Shown here: piece by piece, positions 20,148-29,368 of the stretch
Position numbering within the stretch: position 1 is the stretch's first letter
Layout: each line of letters begins with the position of its first letter
NCBI GenBank assembly: GCA_018812595.1
Contig: JAHJDF010000012.1
Location: forward strand, 276 to 64,275
From: Gammaproteobacteria bacterium
GTDB taxonomy: Bacteria > Pseudomonadota > Gammaproteobacteria > UBA12402
Length of the DNA: 64,000 nt
Direction of reading: 5' to 3'
The notes under the pieces: generated by a model
Seen by the model: only the letters and a program-made list of their open reading frames with translations
Told to the model about the DNA's origin: nothing
Databases searched by the model: none
Translations under genes and position numbers: made by a program

Positions 20148-21287
20148 TCAATCAGCCGCGAAAAAAATATGAATAGATCGAATGTATTGAAAAGGTTGAA
20201 TACTTTCTTTGTATTGATTGAATAACAAAGAAGCTTCTTGAAGATTGTTTAAAACAGACAAAGGAAACACAAGTTCGATCGCAATTTCATTGCCTAAATA
20301 ATGCAAAGTCATAACGCGAAGATACGCATAGCTAGGCAGCTCTTTCCAAGCAGGCTCCAACGTTTGCATCAGCTCATTGCGATTTGGTAACAAAATACCT
20401 TCGTGCACATACAGGTCATCAACCACATCGACATGCACCATCACATCGATGATTTTTGGAAATTTTCGAATCACAGCACGTTGCACCCAATCCGCAATAA
20501 AGTGCCCTTCAGAGGCACTCGTTTTTTCATCCACTTGAACATGTGCTTCGAGATAAATTTCACTTCCGCTTTTTCGAGTTCGTAACCCATGAACCGCCAT
20601 CACACCATCAACATCTAAAATAGTTTCTTTTATTTCCGCCAAGAAATCGGGTCGCACACCAACATCGATCAATTCCTGAATGGCTGCCCAAATCCATTTC
20701 ACCCCCTGATACATAATCATCAACGCCACTACGATAGCTGCTACCGCATCAAAATGCGGCACCCCCATTCTTTCAGCGCTGATGCCAATCAAAACGACAA
20801 TAGAAGACAACGCATCACTGCGTTTATGCCACGCATTGGCCTTTAACAGATTGGAATCGATCCGGTTCGCAACCAACAATGTGTAACGAAACAAAAGTTC
20901 ATTCACCACAATGGCAACACTGGCGACGACTAATACAGAGATACCGACAGGAGCCATCACTTGATGCAAAATGGAATAAACCGCATCCCATACGATGCCA
21001 AATGCAACAAAAATAAGGACTAAAGAAACAACAACGGTCCCTACTGTTTCCACGCGGCCATGCCCATAGGGGTGCAATTCGTCCGGTGACTTGTGACTAA
21101 TCTTCGAAGCGAATAAGACAAAAAGATCCACCAATAAATCCGAAAAGGAATGGATGCCATCAGCAAATAAGGCTTGAGAAGACCCCAACCAACCAAAGAT
21201 GATCTTAAAAAGGCTGAGCAAAAAATTAGCAAAAGCACCAAACAAGGTCACACGTTTTGCTTTGGAATAACGAAGAGTTGTGTCCAT
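20148..21287 (-). CDS. Cation diffusion facilitator (CDF) family metal efflux transporter
   Basis: Six N-terminal TM helices with the ADGIHSFSDL(L)VDL signature, an HxxxD site, and a C-terminal cytoplasmic domain. Confidence 0.85.
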   Translation of the reverse strand: MDTTLRYSKAKRVTLFGAFANFLLSLFKIIFGWLGSSQALFADGIHSFSDLLVDLFVLFASKISHKSPDELHPYGHGRVETVGTVVVSLVLIFVAFGIVWDAVYSILHQVMAPVGISVLVVASVAIVVNELLFRYTLLVANRIDSNLLKANAWHKRSDALSSIVVLIGISAERMGVPHFDAVAAIVVALMIMYQGVKWIWAAIQELIDVGVRPDFLAEIKETILDVDGVMAVHGLRTRKSGSEIYLEAHVQVDEKTSASEGHFIADWVQRAVIRKFPKIIDVMVHVDVVDDLYVHEGILLPNRNELMQTLEPAWKELPSYAYLRVMTLHYLGNEIAIELVFPLSVLNNLQEASLLFNQYKESIQPFQYIRSIHIFFAAD

Positions 21288-21459
21288 AGATCCATAACCG
21301 TAAAAATAAATAATATTACAACGCCCGTTTGCAAAGCGCCCTGTTTTGACTATTCTTCTTATCGAAATAAATTCTTGTGCACCAAAATAAGAATAAAACG
21401 CACGGACGCAAATTCAGGTCGACGGATAAAAACAACAAAAACACCTGGTTTGTAAAATT

Positions 21460-22314
21460 ATGTCTCGAACTAAAACACCGATCTTCTTTTGTATTATTCG
21501 TACAAAAATGCCCGCAACAAAGTGGGCTGACGTCAATAGAATTGCAGCTAGAATTGCTGAAGAAATTTACGGATCCAAACAAGAACCAAAAATTGTTATC
21601 AAAAAACCCGATCTAGCCGCTTGTCTTACTCTGTTTGAAACAGAAGAAGATAAAAAACTCGCGAAAAATATATATTCATATTTTGAAAAAAATGGGCAAT
21701 ACAGGCCTGATATCTACGATTGTTCCAAAGTGCCGCCAATAGCTTTTAAAGTAAAAACATATCTAGAAGCGCATAAATTTGAACCTTCACTCGTTTCGCT
21801 AAACATCACCTTATTTCCAGGGCTGTACTTACCCGGCGTTAATGTTAGTCATGTAAAATTCTTTGAAAATAATTGGTTAGTTGTGGAATCAAAGGCAAAT
21901 CAAAATACGGTTGGGCAAAAATGCTCCTCACAGCCTTCTATTCAAAAAAGTTTTGAAAGATCATCAAACCGTGCCACTCAAGGAATATTAGAAATTAATG
22001 ATTTTTTCACTGTGAAAAAGCCTCTAAAAAGGAAAAGGAAAGGGAAAAAAAACCCCCCATCCTCATCCTTATTCAATTATGGATTTAGCCATGAAAGAAA
22101 TGGGCAAAATTACTTATTCTCGGACAACTCGGAAAATGGTAGCCCAAACACGAACCAATCAATCTATTCGACACCAGAAGAACCTATATCTTATAAGAGA
22201 AGAAGGGTTGTATTAGATGAGCCTCTTGAAAGCGATGAGTCTTTTATTCCAGAGACACCCCCTTCCCAATGCAGCTCACCGGTAATTCCCTGTAAATTTT
22301 TATTAAAAAAATAA
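21460..22314 (+). CDS. Hypothetical protein with basic NLS-like clusters, candidate effector
   Basis: AT-rich ORF with KKPLKRKRKGKK and KRRR clusters and an S/P/E-rich C-terminus. No enzymatic motif. Start is uncertain (alternative Met at about 21509). Confidence 0.4.
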   Translation: MSRTKTPIFFCIIRTKMPATKWADVNRIAARIAEEIYGSKQEPKIVIKKPDLAACLTLFETEEDKKLAKNIYSYFEKNGQYRPDIYDCSKVPPIAFKVKTYLEAHKFEPSLVSLNITLFPGLYLPGVNVSHVKFFENNWLVVESKANQNTVGQKCSSQPSIQKSFERSSNRATQGILEINDFFTVKKPLKRKRKGKKNPPSSSLFNYGFSHERNGQNYLFSDNSENGSPNTNQSIYSTPEEPISYKRRRVVLDEPLESDESFIPETPPSQCSSPVIPCKFLLKK

Positions 22315-22505
22315 AAGACGATTACGGTGCTTCCAGGTGCTACTGCAATTCGATTTTCCCAAAGCATAAATTCGTTTGTTTCTCTGGATTGTATATTCCT
22401 CGTCATCCCCTCCCACTCCCTCGTCATCCCTGTATGTGTTAAGTCATTCGTTGACAGCCCCCGTATTTAGTCATTCCTAGCTGCATCACTGAATCAATAA
22501 ATTGC

Positions 22506-22862
22506 TAGGAGAAATGCAAATTACAACAGATTTCTTCACGTAAATTCGACGCTTACATCCTTGTTATCTCTGATGCAAAACTAAAATGGGTCTAATAACC
22601 CATGTCCCGAAGGGACAACACAAGTAGGAGAAATGCAAGTTGCAATAGATCCCTTCACGTAAATTCCACGCTTTTATCCTTGTTATCTTTGATGCAAAAC
22701 TAGAATGGGTCTAATAACCCATGTCCCGAAGGGACAACACAAGTAGGAGAAATGCAAATTACAATAGATCCCTTCACGTAAATTCGACGCTTACATCTTT
22801 GTTATCTCTGATGCAAAACTAAAATGGGTCTAATAACCCATGTCCCGAAGGGACAACACAAG
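22506..22862. repeat. Three tandem copies of a 119-bp unit (taggagaaatgcaaattacaa...gggacaacacaag)
   Basis: Period 119 bp with copies starting at about 22506, 22625 and 22744, at about 95% identity. A fourth copy in inverted orientation lies at about 23527..23648. Confidence 0.9.
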
Positions 22863-22981
22863 ATAGCCCAGGGTACGTGCTTAAAACCTTTAGGTTTTAA
22901 GCGCGTACCCTGGGTTTAAAGACCACTAGCACGGCACCCTGAAGGGGTGCAACAGAAAAGATCTTTTGGCGCTTACGTTCT

Positions 22982-23434
22982 TTAATCCCATACATACCGT
23001 TCATCCCATTGCAAATGATATTGCCTCATCAAATGACGATATTCTTCTTGAAAACTGGTTCTCCGATGATGTTTCGCCTGATTCAATATATAAGTCTCCA
23101 ACGCGGTCAGATGCGTAGGACTAATCGAAAAAATCCCATAACCATTTTGCCAATGAAACCTCTGATAGAGAGGAGAATAAGCTTTTAACCATTTCGTAGA
23201 ACCCATTTTAATGGCTTTAACTAAATCCGATGAAGAGCATGTGCGCGGATGAATGATTGATAAGTGAACGTGATCAGTGACAGAACCCGCTTTCAATAAA
23301 ATCCCCTTTTGATTTTTAATAATCCCATTCATATAAGCATGTAATTTATCTCGAATATCATCGCCAATGTTTGGTTCCCTATTTTTTGTTGAAAAAACCA
23401 AGTGCACTAGAATGTTTGAGATCGATTGCGGCAT
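22982..23434 (-). CDS. REP-associated tyrosine transposase (RAYT, IS200/IS605 TnpA-like, Y1 HUH)
   Basis: 150 aa with the HUH motif HVHLSI and a C-terminal catalytic Tyr context (TYILNQ). Flanked directly by palindromic hairpins. Confidence 0.75.
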   Translation of the reverse strand: MPQSISNILVHLVFSTKNREPNIGDDIRDKLHAYMNGIIKNQKGILLKAGSVTDHVHLSIIHPRTCSSSDLVKAIKMGSTKWLKAYSPLYQRFHWQNGYGIFSISPTHLTALETYILNQAKHHRRTSFQEEYRHLMRQYHLQWDERYVWD

Positions 23435-23832
23435 CTTGTTAAACCCCTTCAGGGTTTGAATTTGCGAGGTGTTTTATTCCCAGGGTACGTGCTTAAAACC
23501 TAAAGGTTTTAAGCACGTACCCTGGGCTATCTTGTGTTGTCCCTTCGGGACATGGGTTATTAGACCCATTCTAGTTTTGCATCAAAGATAACAAAGATGT
23601 AAGCGTGGAATTTACGTGAAGGGATCTATTGCAACTTGCATTTCTCTCAGCAATTTATTGATTCACCGCTAACGAATGATTTAACACATACATGGATGAC
23701 GGAACAGACCTGGATCCTTAGCTGCAGCTAGGGATTACAAAATAATCGAAGCAACAATCCTTTTAACAGCAAAAGACTTTGGAAACAAAAGCTCTACAAT
23801 CCCATCGTTTATATTTATTAAAGGTCTTCTTT

Positions 23833-24270
23833 ATGCTTGCGCTACTACAACGCGTCACTCATGCGGATGTTCACGTGAATAAAAAAATCATCGGAGAGAT
23901 TCAATCCGGCATTTTGGTTTTTCTTGCTGTTGAGAGAGAAGATCAACAAAAAAATGCGGATCGATTGCTGGAACGCATTCTGTCTTACCGCGTTTTTGGA
24001 GATGAAAACGATCGAATGAATTTAAGTGTTAAAGACGTGCAAGGCGGGTTGTTATTGATCCCTCAATTTACGCTAGCTGCTGATACACGATCCGGCACTC
24101 GCCCCGGCTTTAGTAAGGCTGCGCCCCCACAACTTGGAGAAGATCTGTTCAAATATTTCGTTGAACAAGCTCAATCAAAATACAGTTCAATCGCGACCGG
24201 TCAATTTGGCGCTTATATGCAAATTAACCTCTGCAATGACGGCCCTACGACATTTTTATTACAAGCATGA
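23833..24270 (+). CDS. dtd: D-aminoacyl-tRNA deacylase
   Basis: MLALLQRVTHADVHV, SQFTLAAD and GPTTFLLQ blocks parallel E. coli Dtd. Start set at the internal Met, giving 146 aa; the track ORF begins at 23779. Confidence 0.88.
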   Translation: MLALLQRVTHADVHVNKKIIGEIQSGILVFLAVEREDQQKNADRLLERILSYRVFGDENDRMNLSVKDVQGGLLLIPQFTLAADTRSGTRPGFSKAAPPQLGEDLFKYFVEQAQSKYSSIATGQFGAYMQINLCNDGPTTFLLQA

Positions 24271-24294
24271 AATTCCCCTGTTGTCATTCTCACA

Positions 24295-24500
24295 TTCTTG
24301 CCGTCATTCCCGCGAAAGCTAAGGATCCATTTCTTGGGGTTGTTGCAGTCCAATTTTTTTCAAGGCATTTATGGTGCGTAATTCGTTGATTTCTCTGGAT
24401 CCCCGCTTTCGCGGGGATGACGGAGATGCTTTCGCGGGGATGACGGAGATGCTTTCGCGGGGATGACGGAGACGCTTTCGCGGGGATGACTTCGATCTGG
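24295..24500. repeat. REP element plus about four tandem 21-bp repeats (gctttcgcggggatgacggagat)
   Basis: Visible head-to-tail iteration at about 24405..24490, between dtd and mlaA. Confidence 0.85.
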
Positions 24501-24524
24501 ATTCAGATGCAATCAATCGTGCAT

Positions 24525-25415
24525 CTACTCATCTAGGTAATAATCGTTCTGCATTTTTTGCATATCTTCGGGCGTATAAGGATCGTTTAATTTTTTGGTT
24601 CGCTCGATTTCATATTGACGAGCTTGCAAATAAGCCGTGCGAATAAATATATATTTATCAATCGCTATCTGCTCATACACATTCTCGAACCGCAACAAAC
24701 GTGCACGGTCATCAATGACCTGCACAGCATATGTCGTATTTCGTATTGCCACATCGGGAATCAATAGATAAGGACTCGTATAAATATTCACAGGTAAAGC
24801 AACCGTATCACGCACGGTACGCGGTCCAAAAAATGGCAACACCAAATAATCCGAACTTGTATAACCCCACTTCGCCATCGTTAAACCAAAATCCTGCGAG
24901 TTATTTTCCAAGCCCATGCGAGTCGCCATATCAAAAAAACCACCTACCCCTAGCGTGGTGTTGATCAATAAGCGCCAAGAATCAGAAGTGGTCTGATAAA
25001 AATTGCCTTGCAACACATCGTTAAAAATCGTGGGAACTTTATTTAAATTATCAAAGAAATTATCCAACCCTTTATTCAAAGGTTCCGGCATAAGTTTGTT
25101 ATATATAGTTGCAACGGGCTTTAAAAAATAACGATCGAGAAATTCATTGAACGAAAACATAACTCGATTGAATTTTTCGTAAGGATCTAACTGAGATTGC
25201 TCTTCTTTAACTTTTCTTTTCAATTCCGCTTTTGCGGTAGCGCTGTTATCAACCTCTTTCTTGACTTCTTGCAGCTTCACTTCCGCCGCTTCAGCACGCT
25301 TTTCTGTAATTGGTCTTGAAGCAATAAACAATTGGGCCTGAGCCATTTGAAAAGAGGCAAGACAAAGACCAACAAGAAATGCTTTGTATTTATTCATTTC
25401 AGGCCACTCATGCAT
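24525..25415 (-). CDS. mlaA: Phospholipid-binding outer-membrane lipoprotein MlaA (VacJ)
   Basis: Signal peptide, then DPYEKFNRVMFSFNEFLDRYFLKPVATIYNKL and TTLGVGGFFD blocks characteristic of MlaA/VacJ. Confidence 0.85.
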   Translation of the reverse strand: MHEWPEMNKYKAFLVGLCLASFQMAQAQLFIASRPITEKRAEAAEVKLQEVKKEVDNSATAKAELKRKVKEEQSQLDPYEKFNRVMFSFNEFLDRYFLKPVATIYNKLMPEPLNKGLDNFFDNLNKVPTIFNDVLQGNFYQTTSDSWRLLINTTLGVGGFFDMATRMGLENNSQDFGLTMAKWGYTSSDYLVLPFFGPRTVRDTVALPVNIYTSPYLLIPDVAIRNTTYAVQVIDDRARLLRFENVYEQIAIDKYIFIRTAYLQARQYEIERTKKLNDPYTPEDMQKMQNDYYLDE

Positions 25416-25424
25416 AACACTCCG

Positions 25425-25877
25425 TTACTGTGCTTTTTCCTGTGATTGTCTCTGCGCATACAGAAAATCAAAATTTACAGGGGACAAATACACAGGAGGA
25501 AAACTTGCTTTCGTTACAGCAGAAGACACAGCTTCTCGAATATAAGGAAAAAGAATACTGGGGCAATACACATTTAACGCATGCCGTGTCTGTTCTTCTT
25601 GAAATCCTTCGAAAAGGAAAATACCGGCCTGATGCGCTTCCACAAGAAAGATCACCTTTTCTTTCACCTTTGCTGTAACAGTTACAGACAACAAAACCTC
25701 GTGAAGACCTGACTCAAGATCTTTCGTTACAACATCTAAATTAACAGACAATTCAGGCTTCCATTCCTCACGAAAAATTTCAGGCGCGTTGGGCACTTCC
25801 AACGACAGGTCTTTTAAATAAATCCGTTGTATCTCTAATTGTGGATTTTTATTTTCGGTCTTAGCATCTTCTATCAT
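25425..25877 (-). CDS. secB: Protein-export chaperone SecB
   Basis: LEIQRIYLKDLSLEVPNAP ... NVYCPSILFPYIRE ... LSPVNFDFLY, collinear with SecB. Confidence 0.9.
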   Translation of the reverse strand: MIEDAKTENKNPQLEIQRIYLKDLSLEVPNAPEIFREEWKPELSVNLDVVTKDLESGLHEVLLSVTVTAKVKEKVIFLVEAHQAGIFLFEGFQEEQTRHALNVYCPSILFPYIREAVSSAVTKASFPPVYLSPVNFDFLYAQRQSQEKAQ

Positions 25878-25913
25878 TGTTTTTTCTCCTCTATTAAAAA
25901 CTGTATCAGATCT

Positions 25914-26342
25914 CTATTTTTTATCGGTTTCCAGAGGCAAATCAGCTTCTTTCCAAGAACGGATTCCGCCGCCCAACACTTTTACATTCGCAAATCCTAG
26001 ACAATTCAATTGATTTGCTGCTCGCAAAGCACGTGGTTCATCTTCATGCACAATCACTAACGATTTCTTCTTATATGATTTCAACTGAGAACTTTTCTCT
26101 AACTCATCGGCAGGAATATGAACTGAATGAATAATATGGCCTGATTTAAAAGCATTTGATGCGCGGACATCAAGCACAACCCCTTGATCGCTGTTCATGA
26201 ATTGCACCAAAGCTTCTGGCGTCACTTTGCGAGGATTCAATCGAAGTGCGTAGAGTTCAAAAATAAGAATAGAAACAACAACAACAATGAGCAGAGAAAA
26301 TAACGCCCAATGATGTAGCAAAAATTCAATATAAATAGTCAT
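25914..26342 (-). CDS. Membrane-anchored rhodanese-domain sulfurtransferase (YibN-like)
   Basis: N-terminal TM helix and a rhodanese fold with an active-site Cys region. Conserved next to secB as in the yibN-grxC-secB locus. Confidence 0.7.
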   Translation of the reverse strand: MTIYIEFLLHHWALFSLLIVVVVSILIFELYALRLNPRKVTPEALVQFMNSDQGVVLDVRASNAFKSGHIIHSVHIPADELEKSSQLKSYKKKSLVIVHEDEPRALRAANQLNCLGFANVKVLGGGIRSWKEADLPLETDKK

Positions 26343-26536
26343 TCCGATGTGCCTTAAAAAAGGGCGGCATTATAGCCATCTACAGTCAAGAAGCGAGGAT
26401 AGAACCTTGTTCAGGACGTACCGCTATCGCCTCGGAACACCCTTAAGATCCAAATAATCACACGGAAGTCGAATGACGATAGACACTACAATTTGATAAG
26501 CTGTCGCGCTTTCAATTTAACTTGGAATATACGTTT

Positions 26537-28090
26537 ATGCATACACCTAAACCCATTGTTTTACTCATCCTCGACGGCTGGGGATATCGTGAAGAAAAAA
26601 CAGCAAACGCGATTTTGTCAGCACAAACACCCACCTTTAATAACCTATGGGAAAAATGCCCGCACACGCTACTACAAGCCTCGGGGCGCGCCGTCGGTTT
26701 GCCGGAGGAACAAATGGGAAATTCGGAAGTAGGCCATCTGAATATCGGAGCCGGCCGTGTGGTCTACCAAGACTTAACTCGTATTACAAAATCCATCGAA
26801 GACGGTGATTTCTTTAAACATCCAATCTTGTTACACACCATGGAACAAGCAAAACAAACAGATAAAGCCATTCATGTTTTCGGACTGCTATCGCCAGGCG
26901 GCATCCATAGCCATAACACTCATATTTACGCGCTGATCAAACTAGCCGCACAGCAAGGATTTAAAAAAATCTTTGTACATGCTTTTTTAGATGGAAGAGA
27001 CACCCCTCCAAAAAGCGCGCTCGAATACATCCAGTCTCTTGAAAAAGTCATGAGTGATTACAACACAGGAAAAATAGCTTCAATCGTCGGACGTTATTAC
27101 GCCATGGATCGAGACAAACGATGGAATCGCGTCGAAGTGGCTTATGACTTACTCACACTAGGAAAAGCCGTCTATACCGCAGATACTCCTACCGCCGGAC
27201 TGCAACTGGCATACGACGCCGATGAAACTGATGAATTTGTCCAACCGATTAGTATTCATGCTAAAAATGAATCTCCTATCACCATTCAAGACGGCGACAG
27301 CATCATCTTTATGAATTTCCGCACAGATCGCACACGTGAAATCACACGTGCATTCATTGAACCCGATTTCAAAGAGTTCCCTCGTAAAAAATTCATTCAA
27401 TTAGCGGCATACATCACACTGACTCAATACGACGAAACTTTTCACCTGCCTGTGCTGTACCCGCCAGAAAATCTAAAAAATACGCTAGGAGAATACTTAG
27501 CCACGCATCACAAAAAACAATTGCGCCTGGCTGAAACGGAAAAATATGCACACGTAACGTTCTTTATGAATGGAGGCGTCGAGCAACCGAACGAACTCGA
27601 AGATCGGATTCTGATTCCTTCTCCGAAAGTCGCTACATACGATTTACAGCCTGAAATGAGTGCACGCGAAATTACAGAAAAATTAACAACGGCCATTCGC
27701 AACCAAAAATATGATTTTATTCTGTGTAATTACGCGAACCCAGATATGGTAGGTCATACAGGTAACATGCAAGCAACAATCAAAGCCATCGAGTGCATAG
27801 ACGAGTGCTTGTCACAGGTGATTACTGCGCTCAAAACGGTCGATGGAGAAATAATTATTACGGCGGATCATGGAAATGCTGAGCTAATGTTCGACCCATC
27901 GACACAACAACCACACACAGCACATACATGCAGCCCAGTACCTTTTATTTACTATGGTCGCCCAGCGACCATCACGAACGGCCCCTTCGCGCTTTGTGAT
28001 ATTGCTCCTACTCTTTTATCTCTCATGAGCTTACCAATACCGAAAGAAATGACAGGAAAAAGCATCGTTAAATTAGAAGACGTAAAATGA
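26537..28090 (+). CDS. gpmI: 2,3-bisphosphoglycerate-independent phosphoglycerate mutase
   Basis: PIVLLILDGWGYRE N-terminus, metal-binding D/H/S residues, and the ADHGNAE block. Start set at the internal Met; the track ORF begins at 26522. Confidence 0.9.
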   Translation: MHTPKPIVLLILDGWGYREEKTANAILSAQTPTFNNLWEKCPHTLLQASGRAVGLPEEQMGNSEVGHLNIGAGRVVYQDLTRITKSIEDGDFFKHPILLHTMEQAKQTDKAIHVFGLLSPGGIHSHNTHIYALIKLAAQQGFKKIFVHAFLDGRDTPPKSALEYIQSLEKVMSDYNTGKIASIVGRYYAMDRDKRWNRVEVAYDLLTLGKAVYTADTPTAGLQLAYDADETDEFVQPISIHAKNESPITIQDGDSIIFMNFRTDRTREITRAFIEPDFKEFPRKKFIQLAAYITLTQYDETFHLPVLYPPENLKNTLGEYLATHHKKQLRLAETEKYAHVTFFMNGGVEQPNELEDRILIPSPKVATYDLQPEMSAREITEKLTTAIRNQKYDFILCNYANPDMVGHTGNMQATIKAIECIDECLSQVITALKTVDGEIIITADHGNAELMFDPSTQQPHTAHTCSPVPFIYYGRPATITNGPFALCDIAPTLLSLMSLPIPKEMTGKSIVKLEDVK

Positions 28091-29238
28091 AAGGATTTCG
28101 CTTAAAACAGACTGTGTGCTGTATTGGCATCATGCTGTGTGCTTCCGGATTGGCACATGCCAATGTGTTGCAGCAAAGATCACGTGAACTAAAAACGATT
28201 ACGCACAAGATTCATTCTCTTAAATCACACATAGTGATTTATCAATCCAAGAAAAAACATGTCTCTGCACAACTCAAATCCACAGAAGGAGCACTGAGCA
28301 GCATTCGCCAAAAAATACGGCTCACTCATAAACAAATAAATGAGCAAACTCGCCTTTTAAATCTCAACAAACAAAAACAGCTTCAAAACTACACCGCCCT
28401 TAATGAACAAAAAGCACAATTGGAACAATTAATTCGATATTCCTACCGCATCAATCGACAATCTAAATTCAAAATGGTCTTGAATGGGGAAAATCCAAAC
28501 AACATCACACGCTATTTGAGATACGCACAAATGATTGACGTACAACGCATGCAGTTGATTGAAAAAATCCATCTGTCGTTACGCAATATCCACGCCACTT
28601 CTAAAATCATTGAACAACATCAACAGCAATTAACGGCGGTTCAGATTCAAGAAAGGGAACAAAGAACAACTCTAGAAAAAGTAAAAAGTCATAAAACGTG
28701 GCTGCTGCATCACATCAACCACTCTATTCAAAAGACAGATACACAATTAAAACAATTGAACCGCAACAAACAACACCTCGAACGCGTCATTCGACAAATC
28801 ACCGAAAGGGCAAAAACAGGTTACGCTCCAGGGAAAAATTTCAATGAGACGAAAGGAAAATTGTTGTGGCCGTGTCGAGGGAAAGTGTTGAGACGATTTG
28901 GTCAACTCATTGCGCAAGGACATTTACGTTCGACAGGTGTTTTAATCGCCGGATCACAAGGAGCAGCTGTTTCTGTTGTTTTCCAAGGGCGTGTCTTGTT
29001 TGCTAATTTCTTGAGAGGTTTTGGTTTGCTAGTCATCGTGCAACATGGAAATCATTTCCTGACACTTTATGCACACAATCAGAAACTGTTCGTTAAACCT
29101 GGAATGAATGTACGAGCTGGAGAAAAGATCGCAACACTAGGAACTGACGAGGAGATATCAAGCCCCGCTCTGTACTTTGAAATTCGTCATAAAAATAGTC
29201 CCTTAAACCCTCTGCTGTGGTTAAGAAAGACTCAATGA
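28087..29238 (+). CDS. envC: Murein hydrolase activator, EnvC-like (coiled-coil plus LytM/M23 domain)
   Basis: Signal peptide, a long Gln-rich coiled coil and a C-terminal M23 domain. Follows gpmI as in gpmM-envC. Confidence 0.75.
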   Translation: MKGFRLKQTVCCIGIMLCASGLAHANVLQQRSRELKTITHKIHSLKSHIVIYQSKKKHVSAQLKSTEGALSSIRQKIRLTHKQINEQTRLLNLNKQKQLQNYTALNEQKAQLEQLIRYSYRINRQSKFKMVLNGENPNNITRYLRYAQMIDVQRMQLIEKIHLSLRNIHATSKIIEQHQQQLTAVQIQEREQRTTLEKVKSHKTWLLHHINHSIQKTDTQLKQLNRNKQHLERVIRQITERAKTGYAPGKNFNETKGKLLWPCRGKVLRRFGQLIAQGHLRSTGVLIAGSQGAAVSVVFQGRVLFANFLRGFGLLVIVQHGNHFLTLYAHNQKLFVKPGMNVRAGEKIATLGTDEEISSPALYFEIRHKNSPLNPLLWLRKTQ

Positions 29239-29368
29239 AGTGCGGCTACAGCATCTTCTTTTCTCATCCCTGCGAAAGCGAGGATCTGTCATTCACGCCT
29301 CCGCGAACAATGACGATACAGTTGCTCCGCTGATATGATGAGCTTCCACAATCTAAGGACATTTTCTA

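Larger units (their letters stand above)
22422..23702. mobile_element. RAYT (IS200-like Y1 transposase) element with hairpin ends and long imperfect terminal inverted repeats
   Basis: tnpA at 22982..23434 flanked by 48-bp perfect palindromes at 22867..22914 and 23479..23526. Outside those lie inverted copies of a 119-bp unit (three tandem copies on the left, one on the right) and inverted outer ends cgtcatccctgtatgtgttaagtcattcgtt / aacgaatgatttaacacatacatggatgacgg. Confidence 0.7.

Noticed and set aside
22506-22862. Possible CRISPR array (regular repeats)
   Set aside because: The units are 119 bp and directly abutting with no unique spacers, and no cas genes are present. Other arrays (33-bp, 21-bp, 18-bp) are also contiguous REP iterations without spacers.
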